This document shows, piece by piece, positions 9,415 to 19,050 of a stretch of DNA of 64,000 nucleotides. Positions within the stretch are counted from its first letter, which is position 1; each line of letters opens with the position of its first letter. Made by a program: the position numbers and the translations under genes. The notes beneath the pieces were generated by a model, which made no database searches, was not told the origin of the DNA, and worked only from the letters and a program-made list of their open reading frames with translations. Source of the DNA: a virus; IMG/VR virus record IMGVR_UViG_3300033153_009093, positions 1 through 64,000 of that record; one strand, 5' to 3'.

Positions 9415-10574
9415 TATAGCCTTGGATCGAGTTCTTTATTTTTTTCAATACTAAGTATTGCTTCTATTATACATTCTTTATAATAAGGATTTTCTTTATT
9501 TAGCATATTAATAGGAATATGTAATAATTTTCTACCTATTTCATATTCTTTAATACTTAATCCTACTTTTTTACCGATAGATTTTTTCCGTACCAACCTT
9601 TCTAATTTTTCAGGATTATCGTAATCGGGGCCGTATACTATTCTTAAATATTCTTTATTTCTTACTTTAATATAAGGAGCACAACACAATTTACGATTGG
9701 GGGTATATTTATATACTGCGGGTTTAACGACAATTCCTTCTAAATTTTTATCAACGATATATTTTTTCAAATACTTCTGTAAAATTATATCATCTTTCCA
9801 TACATTTGTATCAGTGACAATATACGGATCTTTTCCTATATTGAAAAAATTTGATAAATTGTCATCCATTGTTATTTTTTCAACATCATTAGTATAAACA
9901 ATTTTAAGAATATTAAAAGGCATATATTTAATGTCGTCACTTTTGGAATATAACTGCAATTGATGATCAAATTTTTCCAACTTTTTTCTTTCTTCTTTAA
10001 TATGATGTAAAGATGAAAGATTTCTTATATCCTTTTTTCTTTTTTCATCAGATTTAAAAGAATTCATCGTTGAAATGATCTGATCATCAAAATTCAATAA
10101 ATCTAATATTGACAATTCTCTATGATATAAATTTCTATATCTTTTAAACTTTTTATTTATAAGATTTTCGCCTAATGCAGTCCATGGCATTAATTCACCG
10201 TCTTCGATAACTAATTTAATATCACTATTCAGCTTATTTTTAAACCAAAAATTATGACGTTCTTTAAATACCTCTGATAAATCAATATGATTTATTTTAT
10301 AACCTTTTCTTGATATTGCATAACATTTATTTATATCTTGAAAGATATAAATTTGTGCTCTGCTTCCCATATATTTCGGCTGTATGATAACTTCATTTAC
10401 GCCCCGCTTTGAATAATGTTCCATAGCATGTGCAAAATCTTCTATATCATTTGTAGAAGGATTTGATTTTGCGGGGGCTACTGTTCCGCTCAAAAAATTA
10501 ACAGTACAGTTAACTAACCGCCTAACTTGCTTTTCTTGTTTAATATTTAATATATAATTAAATTTCCCTTTCAT
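9414..10574 (-). CDS. RNA ligase, bacterial Pnkp ligase-domain (Rnl) type
   Basis: FLSGTVAP, QPKYMGSR (motif I Lys), EGIVVKP, PYIKVRNKEYLRIVYGPDY. Confidence 0.85.
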   Translation of the reverse strand: MKGKFNYILNIKQEKQVRRLVNCTVNFLSGTVAPAKSNPSTNDIEDFAHAMEHYSKRGVNEVIIQPKYMGSRAQIYIFQDINKCYAISRKGYKINHIDLSEVFKERHNFWFKNKLNSDIKLVIEDGELMPWTALGENLINKKFKRYRNLYHRELSILDLLNFDDQIISTMNSFKSDEKRKKDIRNLSSLHHIKEERKKLEKFDHQLQLYSKSDDIKYMPFNILKIVYTNDVEKITMDDNLSNFFNIGKDPYIVTDTNVWKDDIILQKYLKKYIVDKNLEGIVVKPAVYKYTPNRKLCCAPYIKVRNKEYLRIVYGPDYDNPEKLERLVRKKSIGKKVGLSIKEYEIGRKLLHIPINMLNKENPYYKECIIEAILSIEKNKELDPRL

Positions 10575-10677
10575 GAATATATTTCCAAGTTATTTTTCAT
10601 TTTTGATTACAAATGTTACATATATTTTTATAATTACCCATTCAGAAAATCATATAAATTCATTTCTAAAATAACTG

Positions 10678-11226
10678 TTATCGTTTATTTTTTTTTAAAT
10701 AGATCCTTAATTTCTTTTTATATTGTTCCAAAGGGTTAGCTTTTTTAACGATAGATTTACTTTTTTTAAAACTGTACGGTTTTGCTTTGCAAAAATTTTT
10801 ATCTATACTAGCGTAGTACAAATGTTCATTTTTTTCAAGAATCAATTTCATTTTTGTCGCATCCTATCCAGTATCTTCAAATGTCATCTATTTTGCATGA
10901 AAAAATAATACATCGCTGTTATCAGGCTATGATAATATTGTAAATACATCGGCTAATCTTCTAGCGTATAAATCGACATTATCTTTTTTTATTACTAAAC
11001 ATCTTAATTCTTTTTTCTTATTTTTTGTTTTTTTACAATTCTCATCATTCTAAGGACTATATTGTAATTTCTTTAATAATTCCGTAGAAATGTCAGTATT
11101 GCAAATTGTCGCCCTATTTTTTGCAGATTGATAAATTAAATAAGATTCTTCAATTCTATCAGGATTTTGCTAACTTAATTCGCCAAATAAAGTCATCGTA
11201 AGAATTAAAACCATTTTAAAAAACAT
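10678..11226 (-). CDS. SleB/Hydrolase_2-like cell-wall hydrolase, 182 aa with TAG read through (5 TAG, 0 TGG)
   Basis: Missing from ORF track. MTLFGELS*Q..., LQYSP*ND (family QFSCWN), FFHAK*M, DTG*DATKM...EHLYY; TAA stop; AAAGGG RBS. Confidence 0.75.
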
Positions 11227-11281
11227 TAATATTACCCTTTATTAAATAAATTTTAATTTAACTTTACATCATTGTTCAAGT

Positions 11282-12103
11282 TCACTCTTCTTCTACTCCT
11301 GCTTCGGGATTTATTATCGAATTATCCGACCTATCACTAAAATCATAATATTCTCGTCTTCTATTGTTATTTTCGTAGTAAGTATGCTTATTAGCTTGTC
11401 TAAGTCCAATGGCACCTAAAGTTAATACATCCGCTTTATTAAGTACCGCAGTCACGACATTATTACTTAATCCAAAAACCCCATTCCAAAAACTCTGTAA
11501 ATCGGATTTAGGGGGGATATTTGTTACAATTGGAGCAGGGGTACCTTTTTTCTTTTTTGATGCATTAGAAGTAGCTACTGCTCCCGGAGAGCCTATATTA
11601 ATAGTAATAGCACCGGTTGAACCATTGGCATTTATTGTTATAGGATTTCCATAAGGAGAAGGTAGAGGATCAACATTTATACGATCTTGTTCAGGAACTT
11701 GACTTCTTTCAATTAATTCCGATAATTGTTCAGTTATAATATCCACTCCTTCTAAAACCATATCAGAATCATCATTTAACCTAACAGAGGGTGGGCGTTT
11801 TCCTTTGCCTTTAGTGTTAAAATTATAAGATCTATCCGGAATTTTTCTATTTAATGTTCCTTGTGAATTATGTTCATCCTTTTTGCATTCGTAAAATCCT
11901 TTTCGTTGGTTACTATATGCCCTTGCAGTTTTATTACGTTCTCGAATTTCTACAATTTCAACGGCATTAGTCCCTAATTTTATTTGTTTATCTGAATATA
12001 TTTGTTGAGTTTGAACGTCCTGCCATGCTGTAAATTTTTCCGAAGAACCAGCGCAACCAGAAAATATTAAAGGAACAGTATATAATAATAATCTAATTTT
12101 CAT
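11282..12103 (-). CDS. Predicted lipoprotein
   Basis: Signal peptide with lipobox FSG-C17; uses TGG. Confidence 0.65.
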   Translation of the reverse strand: MKIRLLLYTVPLIFSGCAGSSEKFTAWQDVQTQQIYSDKQIKLGTNAVEIVEIRERNKTARAYSNQRKGFYECKKDEHNSQGTLNRKIPDRSYNFNTKGKGKRPPSVRLNDDSDMVLEGVDIITEQLSELIERSQVPEQDRINVDPLPSPYGNPITINANGSTGAITINIGSPGAVATSNASKKKKGTPAPIVTNIPPKSDLQSFWNGVFGLSNNVVTAVLNKADVLTLGAIGLRQANKHTYYENNNRRREYYDFSDRSDNSIINPEAGVEEE

Positions 12104-12135
12104 TATTTTACCTTTTCAATAATTTTATATTTATT

Positions 12136-12185
12136 TTACATTAATACAATATATAAAACAAACATTATATATTGTATTAATGTAA
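12136..12185. terminator. Long hairpin (21-bp stem, 8-nt loop)
   Basis: ttacattaatacaatatataa / ttatatattgtattaatgtaa. Confidence 0.7.
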
Positions 12186-12188
12186 TGA

Positions 12189-13034
12189 TCAAAAAGTTTT
12201 GATTGGCGTTAAATTAAAAGAAGATGGATATAACATCATTGTTTCTAAATCAATAAATTTACTTAATAATTCAGGAGTATATAAAGATACTTTATATTTT
12301 TTCTCTGTCTTTAAAAATTCGTAAAAGCCAGCACCGAAAGCTAATTTATCATGATTATCAACTTTATCTGTGAGATAATCTAAATCAATACTTCTTTTTA
12401 ACGCCCTACCTTGCGGGATATGAGGAAGCAATACAAAATGATCAACGTCATTTTTAAATTCATTAAAAATATCAATAAAATAATCGATTGATTTTCTATT
12501 ATATATAACATGATGAAAATTAACTTCCGTATTTTCTAGTTTAATAAATTCTTTAACTGCTTTTTTCCAATAATATTCTAAATGATCATGACAACTTACA
12601 GCAACTCCCCCGCAGTATTTTTCTGTCACTTCAAGAATATTATTTTTATAGTACTCTTTTACAAACATTCCATTAGTTGTATAATTAGGTACTATTCCTA
12701 ATTCATCAACGGCTTTTATAAAATCAATAAAATCAGGATGACTTGTCGGTTCCCCTCCGCCTATTGCAATTGTAAACGGCCTTTCATTCTGTGACATGTT
12801 ACCAAAAATATTATTTAGTTTTTCGAGAATATTTTCAGTATGTTTATTACTTGCTCTACTATCCATATAACAATAGCCACATCTACCTTTGCAATATGGA
12901 GTAATTTTAACATCGTAAAATTCAGGAAAGTCCAATTCTTGAATTTCTTTATCATGATTCAAAGCAATCCTGATAGTTTTATTATTAATAAAAATTCCTT
13001 TATAATTCTTGTCTGTAAATACTCGTTGTTTCAT
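12189..13034 (-). CDS. Radical SAM protein
   Basis: CKGRCGYC, GGGEPT, YTTNG. Confidence 0.9.
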   Translation of the reverse strand: MKQRVFTDKNYKGIFINNKTIRIALNHDKEIQELDFPEFYDVKITPYCKGRCGYCYMDSRASNKHTENILEKLNNIFGNMSQNERPFTIAIGGGEPTSHPDFIDFIKAVDELGIVPNYTTNGMFVKEYYKNNILEVTEKYCGGVAVSCHDHLEYYWKKAVKEFIKLENTEVNFHHVIYNRKSIDYFIDIFNEFKNDVDHFVLLPHIPQGRALKRSIDLDYLTDKVDNHDKLAFGAGFYEFLKTEKKYKVSLYTPELLSKFIDLETMMLYPSSFNLTPIKTF

Positions 13035-13056
13035 AGTCTTTTATTATCCCTTATAG

Positions 13057-13842
13057 TTATGATAAACTCGAACAAATGCCAATACATTCGAATTCTTTAT
13101 CATTGTCATTGTCCTTATAATAATATGATGATAATTCTTTTCGTTCAATTCTACCTCTAAACTCTTCTAATGTTTCATCTTTAAAAAAGGATATATCTTT
13201 TTTTAAAAATATTCTCATTTCATTTTCAACTCGCTCTCTTTCGGTATATACTTCTGGTAATTTTTCATAAAGTAATTTCCATTGCTTTTTGCCAGCTCGA
13301 ACGCATCCACCTGAACAATTATTATGTTTAAATCCCATGCGATAAAGTAACGGCTCTTTTATTCCAGTTGATAATAGCCATTGATCAACCTCTTTCGATG
13401 ATATATTTTTAGATATTAAAGGAAATTGTAATTTTGCAGATTTTTTCTTTTTTTTTGCAACTCTATCATAAACCGTTATAAGTCTACTACTTCTATGAAC
13501 TTCATTTATACCTATTCCAAAAATGATAATATCGCCATCTCTATAATAATTTTGTAATCTTTCTGCTTTAAGAATGCGGGAACAAAATGGCATTCTATTA
13601 TTTGCTAATGCGCGATTATCATAAAATAATTCTTCTGGATTTCTTCCATCTGAATCGAATGTTATTTCTTTTTTATAATAATAAGACAATTCATTAAGAA
13701 ATCTATATAAATCCGGATGTTCCCATTTAGTATCATTAAAATATAAAATAACATTTTCTTTTGGAAACCTATGCAATGCATAATTTGCACAATAAGCGGA
13801 GGCTTTTCCTCCGCTAAGTCCTACTATTACTCGTTGTTTCAT
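13057..13842 (-). CDS. PAPS reductase-like (adenine nucleotide alpha-hydrolase) family protein
   Basis: VGLSGGKAS PP-loop, FNDTKWEHPDLYRF, FCSRILK, HNNCSGGCVRAG. Confidence 0.75.
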   Translation of the reverse strand: MKQRVIVGLSGGKASAYCANYALHRFPKENVILYFNDTKWEHPDLYRFLNELSYYYKKEITFDSDGRNPEELFYDNRALANNRMPFCSRILKAERLQNYYRDGDIIIFGIGINEVHRSSRLITVYDRVAKKKKKSAKLQFPLISKNISSKEVDQWLLSTGIKEPLLYRMGFKHNNCSGGCVRAGKKQWKLLYEKLPEVYTERERVENEMRIFLKKDISFFKDETLEEFRGRIERKELSSYYYKDNDNDKEFECIGICSSLS

Positions 13843-13873
13843 ATTTATTAGTAAGTTATTTTTTCATTATTGT

Positions 13874-14062
13874 TTATATAAATTTATTAAATATGTTAAT
13901 AAATAATAAATCTATACTAATTAAATTATCTATAAAATAAATAGATAATAGGCTTCTACTATCTTGTTCTCCAATATCGTCAAAAAAAGTTATATCAAAA
14001 ATCCAAAATCCATAAGCACTTTTGGCCGGTATAAAATCTATACCAAATATATTAAATTCCAT
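13874..14062 (-). CDS. Small hydrophobic protein
   Basis: ORF in co-oriented run. Confidence 0.45.
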   Translation of the reverse strand: MEFNIFGIDFIPAKSAYGFWIFDITFFDDIGEQDSRSLLSIYFIDNLISIDLLFINIFNKFI

Positions 14063-14225
14063 TTTTAGTAAATATCAATAAAAAATGACAACATTATCTG
14101 AACTATCTTCAGTGCAGATATCTTCTTCAGTATATCCTTCTACAATTAGCTTAGGGGTTAATTTTTTTAATTTATTAATTAAATCTTGTACTGTATATCT
14201 ATAAGAATTCTTCATAACTAATTAA

Positions 14226-15188
14226 TTACCTGTTATTATAATATATATTATAACTTTGATTTATTCTATTAATATTTGTATGTCTTTTATTTAAAAATTC
14301 TTCAAAAGTTAATTTTTTAAATAAATTAGGTTGATTACAATATGCCGCAATATCAATATAAAATTGATTATATTTACTATTCCAGCAAGTTATATCTCTC
14401 ATAATATATGGCAAACATTTATTATTTTTTAACCATTCTATTCGTTGTATAGTATCTTCTAAATTCATAGAAGGATGAATATAAACAAAAAATTTTAGCT
14501 GAAAATCTTTCCTCCATGATAGTATTTTTAATTTTTCTTTTATAATATTTTTGCATTTTATATTATCGAAAGCAAAAATATATTCGTTTAAATAATTTAA
14601 TTTTGATAATAAAATACTATTAATATTAGTTATTAATCTAATATCTAATCCTTGATTGAATTGACATTTTATATTTAATTCTATTAACTCTTTTAAAACA
14701 TCTTCATGTTCATCATAAGCTAAAATGTTATTATCTAAAAATTTTACCGTTTTGTGCTTTATGATATCTTTTACATTATTTACTTTATGTATATACCCTT
14801 CCTTTTTAGGAACTTTACAAAAATAACAATTACGAATGCACCCTCTTGTAATAAATCCATAAGAGGTATTATTATCAGGGCATAATGAATAATCACAATC
14901 TAAATTTTCTATATTGTCCGGTAATTTTGTAGACAAATCAATACCTGTACCCCCAAAAATTATATTTTTACCTTTAATATAATTTTTATTACCTTCAAAT
15001 ATTACTGAACAATAAATTCTATCATGCGAATTTATTATATTATATTCTTTTTTCTTTTTATTTGGGAAATATGGAAGATTGAGTTTTAATAACTCGACAT
15101 TATAATTTTTCTTTTTATAATATGTCGATAGTTTCATTAAAGGTATATTAGGTATTTTTGAATCTGCATCTATTAATAATATTTTCAT
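14226..15188 (-). CDS. Radical SAM protein with N-terminal B12-binding-like region
   Basis: MKILLIDADSKIPNIPLMKLS; TRGCIRNCYFC; FLDNNIL; FNQGLDIR. Confidence 0.85.
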   Translation of the reverse strand: MKILLIDADSKIPNIPLMKLSTYYKKKNYNVELLKLNLPYFPNKKKKEYNIINSHDRIYCSVIFEGNKNYIKGKNIIFGGTGIDLSTKLPDNIENLDCDYSLCPDNNTSYGFITRGCIRNCYFCKVPKKEGYIHKVNNVKDIIKHKTVKFLDNNILAYDEHEDVLKELIELNIKCQFNQGLDIRLITNINSILLSKLNYLNEYIFAFDNIKCKNIIKEKLKILSWRKDFQLKFFVYIHPSMNLEDTIQRIEWLKNNKCLPYIMRDITCWNSKYNQFYIDIAAYCNQPNLFKKLTFEEFLNKRHTNINRINQSYNIYYNNR

Positions 15189-15388
15189 TTGCTTATCCTA
15201 AAATAAGCAGGTCGTCCGATATCTTTATTACAGCAATTAAAATCTTTTGTACATTCTCCGGAATAGGTATTATGCCAAGCTATTCCAAAAAAATGTAAAA
15301 TATTTTGAATAAAATGAGTAATAGAATAAATTAGTTTATTATTAAATCTTCGTTTACCTTCTTTTATTTTTCTATAATCGTATATCAT
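15185..15388 (-). CDS. Hypothetical protein
   Basis: Stop overlaps next start (ATGA). Confidence 0.5.
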   Translation of the reverse strand: MIYDYRKIKEGKRRFNNKLIYSITHFIQNILHFFGIAWHNTYSGECTKDFNCCNKDIGRPAYFRISK

Positions 15389-15451
15389 AAATGTTACCTA
15401 TAATTCTTATATTATTCCTTTTTATTAATAATTAAATATTGTTTAATTATT

Positions 15452-15522
15452 AATATATCATATATATAATACCATGTCAAGAAATAAAATCTCTTGCGTT
15501 TATAAAAAATATATGATATAGT
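15452..15522. promoter_or_regulatory. Divergent sigma70-type promoter pair
   Basis: Minus: TTGACA(15480-15475)-17-TATATT; plus: TTGCGT(15494)-17-TATAGT. Confidence 0.65.
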
Positions 15523-15557
15523 CATATCATATATAATATAAAAAGGAATAATAAACT

Positions 15558-15926
15558 ATGTCAAAAACAATTAGAAGAAAAACTAACTATGATATAGATA
15601 AATATATTTATCATTGGGAAAAATTTGTTATTTTAAATAAAAACTTCCATTTTATTTTATTAGAATATTATGAATATAATAAAATATACAACGGTACCTA
15701 TTTTTATAAAAATAATAAAAAATTTATTAAAGAATTAAATAAGTATCATACTGATAATAATACAGAATATAATGCGCCTAAATATTTTAGAAAACAATTA
15801 AATAAAAAATATAGAATTAAATGTAATCGAATAATGGTCAATTTAAATAATGATAGAAAAAATAATAAGTTTGATAATCTAGTTTTTCCTTTACATAAAA
15901 AAACTATGAACTGGGAATGGTTTTAA
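15558..15926 (+). CDS. Basic hypothetical protein
   Basis: MSKTIRRK start, AAGGA RBS, C-terminal WEWF. Confidence 0.6.
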   Translation: MSKTIRRKTNYDIDKYIYHWEKFVILNKNFHFILLEYYEYNKIYNGTYFYKNNKKFIKELNKYHTDNNTEYNAPKYFRKQLNKKYRIKCNRIMVNLNNDRKNNKFDNLVFPLHKKTMNWEWF

Positions 15927-16173
15927 ATACTAACCAAAAGGTATATGATGAAAATTTATTTTCAAAACATAGCATTTATTATAATAATATATTATCATTT
16001 TTTCTGGGAGTTTCAATATAGAATAAAAGCTACTATTATTTATTATAGGATAAAATTATTAAAATATTTAATTTTTTAAATAATATCCATATTGTAGTTT
16101 TATATATTGGCATAAAATACTGAGGAAAATCTATTATGAATAATATAATGAGAAAAAGAAGAATAAAAAAAAT

Positions 16174-17838
16174 ATGAATATTGTTAAACAATTAAAGGAA
16201 AATAATCAAGATTTCGAATGGTACCCTACAACCTTTGAAATGTTAGAAGTAATAAAAATACATTCCCAAAAAAAATTAAAACGGTATCCTGATGATAATT
16301 TTAGTGGGCCATTGAATGTTTTAGATATTGGTTGTGGGGATGGTAGAGGAGCTAAAATATTATCATGTGGCGGCAAAAAATTATTTATTGAAAAAAGCGA
16401 AATATTAAGAAATTCTTTATCCCATGAATTTATTCCTATGGGAACAGATTTTCATATAATCAACTTAATAAGTTTTAATAAAGTCGATGTAGTTTTCTGC
16501 AATCCTCCTTATTCTGAATATGTTAATTGGACAAAAAAAATATTATCACAATCAAATACATCTTATTTATATTTAATAATACCTACTAGATGGAAAGATG
16601 ACGAAGAAATTGAACAAGTAATAAAAATTAGAAATATAGAATATAATATCATTGGAACTTTTGATTTCTTGGATGCAGAAAGAAAGGCAAGAGCGGTTGT
16701 TGATATTGTATGTTTTGATATAGCCCCCCCTAAAAAATATAAAAAAAGAGTCGATTCATTTGATATATGGTTCAATGAAGCATTTCCTACGCATAAGGAT
16801 AATAATAAAAAAGAATATATATCCTTTGATGAAAAGGAAAAAAAGAAGAAGGAAGAAATAGAAAAAAATATATCACAAGAATTAGTTACTGGTAAAAATT
16901 ATCTTGAAGCATTAGTAACTATATATGATAAAGAATTATTAGAATTTTTAAATGTATTCAAGACTTTAAATAATACTTCACCTACTGTATTAAAAGCTCT
17001 GGATATTACACAAGAACAAATGAGCAGCACTTTAAAAACTCATATATCTACATTAAAAAATAAATATTGGTTAGAATTTTTTAATAGATATAAACCTATT
17101 AAAGATAAGCTTACAACTTATGGTAGAAAAATTTTAATAGATGAATTAAATAAAGATATGGTTACATTAGACTTTAATAATTCTAATGCATATGCCGTTA
17201 CTGTTTGGGCAATTAAGCAGGTGAATAATTTATATGATGATCAAATAGTTGATCTTATGAATAAATTAACAACTTATGCAAATATAAAATTATATAAATC
17301 TAATCAAAGAACTTTTGATGATGAAGACTGGAGATATAATAAAAACGATATTAGGCAGACATTAAATAAATATTATTTAAGTTTAGATTTAAGAATAGTT
17401 CTTAAAAATGCGGGGAATATTAGAAGGGTTTCAAGAGAATATGTAATAAATGATTGGGATTATAAAAATAATCTTCATAAAACTAGTCATGATTTAATAG
17501 ATGATATTTTAACTGTAGCTAATAACTTAGGTTTAAAAATAGAATCAGATTCATCTTATGATAGAATATGGTATCCCAGTGAAGAGCAAACTTTTTATTT
17601 TAAAGATGGTTCTATATTATTAAAAACAAGAGCATACTTAAATGGAAATTTTCATTTAAAATTAAATATAGAATTTCTTAAAGCATTCAATATAGAATTT
17701 GGAAGAATTAAAAAATGGTTAAAAAATAAAAAAGATGTTCAACAAGAAATGAATTTATCTAAAGAGGATATTGATAAATTTTTCAATAACAATTATAAAC
17801 TATTACCAGATAAAGAAATTTTGCAAATATGTAATTAA
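16174..17838 (+). CDS. N6-adenine-type DNA methyltransferase with DUF4942-like C-terminal domain
   Basis: FEWYPT, LDIGCGDG, VFCNPPY; C-terminal AYLNGNFHLK. Confidence 0.7.
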   Translation: MNIVKQLKENNQDFEWYPTTFEMLEVIKIHSQKKLKRYPDDNFSGPLNVLDIGCGDGRGAKILSCGGKKLFIEKSEILRNSLSHEFIPMGTDFHIINLISFNKVDVVFCNPPYSEYVNWTKKILSQSNTSYLYLIIPTRWKDDEEIEQVIKIRNIEYNIIGTFDFLDAERKARAVVDIVCFDIAPPKKYKKRVDSFDIWFNEAFPTHKDNNKKEYISFDEKEKKKKEEIEKNISQELVTGKNYLEALVTIYDKELLEFLNVFKTLNNTSPTVLKALDITQEQMSSTLKTHISTLKNKYWLEFFNRYKPIKDKLTTYGRKILIDELNKDMVTLDFNNSNAYAVTVWAIKQVNNLYDDQIVDLMNKLTTYANIKLYKSNQRTFDDEDWRYNKNDIRQTLNKYYLSLDLRIVLKNAGNIRRVSREYVINDWDYKNNLHKTSHDLIDDILTVANNLGLKIESDSSYDRIWYPSEEQTFYFKDGSILLKTRAYLNGNFHLKLNIEFLKAFNIEFGRIKKWLKNKKDVQQEMNLSKEDIDKFFNNNYKLLPDKEILQICN

Positions 17839-17853
17839 ATAAAATAATTTAAA

Positions 17854-18087
17854 ATGATAAAATATATAACTGAAGAAGAGACGGTAAAACGCCAGTATTT
17901 TGAAAAATTTATATGTGATAAATGTAAACGAGAGTTAACTGCCGATGATATTGATTTACAAGAAAGTTATACTATTCAATTTGAAGGCGGTTATAGTTCA
18001 ATGTTTGGAGATAGTGTAAAAGTGACATGTGATTTATGTCAAGATTGTTTATTTAAAATGATAGGAGAAATTTGTAAATATGAATAA
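17854..18087 (+). CDS. Small zinc-ribbon protein
   Basis: CDKC...CDLCQDC. Confidence 0.65.
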   Translation: MIKYITEEETVKRQYFEKFICDKCKRELTADDIDLQESYTIQFEGGYSSMFGDSVKVTCDLCQDCLFKMIGEICKYE

Positions 18088-18361
18088 TCAAGAAATAGAT
18101 ATCAGCATACCGACAGAATCAAGTTATGCTGAGTTATATAAAGATGATATATTTATAGGATGTATAAAATCCGAAATTCAACTATTCTCAATAAGGGCGC
18201 AAATAGCAGAAATGGACTTAGAAGGGTATTATATATTTTGGGTAGATGAAGAAGGTATCTCCTATACTATTAACATTACTGCATGCGGTAGATTATCTGA
18301 TTGGCCGGTGGGCTTTTTTGATTTATTTGATTTTTATTTAGACAAATTACTAATGATATGA
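18080..18361 (+). CDS. Hypothetical protein
   Basis: Overlaps both neighbouring genes in operon fashion. Confidence 0.55.
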   Translation: MNNQEIDISIPTESSYAELYKDDIFIGCIKSEIQLFSIRAQIAEMDLEGYYIFWVDEEGISYTINITACGRLSDWPVGFFDLFDFYLDKLLMI

Positions 18362-19044
18362 AATTTTTAATACAAAATAATAATAATGAGTTACATGATT
18401 TTTCATCTACTTTAATAAATATTATTAAATATCAAAATAAAATTAATAGCGGTGATATACAATATCAAACATTGAGCAATATCGACCTTTATAAATTTTA
18501 TAAAAATCATATTCCTATTGGATCTGTTGAATTTGTTAGTGATTATATAAAATATTGGTTTAATAAAATACCGAAACCAATAAATATACCTAAACAATTA
18601 TTGGATTATGAATTTACAAAAAGGGAAATATTCAATGGTACAAATCATGATATAAATGGTTTATATTTTGTTAAATCCAATGATAAAATAAAATCATTTA
18701 CTGAAATATGCAGTGATGTTCCTTATAAAGGCAATTATCAAATCTCAGAAGTAATAGATATTGTTTCAGAATATAGAGTGTTCGTATTTCATGAAAGAAT
18801 TATAGGATTAAAAAATTATACAGGGGAATTTGATATATTTCCTGACATGGACATTATTAATAAGATGGTTAAGGTTTATACTAAATGTCCTCCTGTATAC
18901 ACTCTGGACGTTGGTATAACAGACGAAAATGATACCGTTATTATAGAAGTGCATGATTTCTTTAGCTGTGGTTTATATGGATTTGAGCATGTAAATTTGC
19001 CATACATGTATTCTCATACTTTTTATAATTTAATAAGGAAATAA
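18358..19044 (+). CDS. ATP-grasp domain protein (R2K/DUF4343-like)
   Basis: FVKS..KIKSF, SEYRVFV, YTLDVG, IIEVHDFFSCGLYG. Confidence 0.75.
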   Translation: MKFLIQNNNNELHDFSSTLINIIKYQNKINSGDIQYQTLSNIDLYKFYKNHIPIGSVEFVSDYIKYWFNKIPKPINIPKQLLDYEFTKREIFNGTNHDINGLYFVKSNDKIKSFTEICSDVPYKGNYQISEVIDIVSEYRVFVFHERIIGLKNYTGEFDIFPDMDIINKMVKVYTKCPPVYTLDVGITDENDTVIIEVHDFFSCGLYGFEHVNLPYMYSHTFYNLIRK

Positions 19045-19050
19045 TTTATT

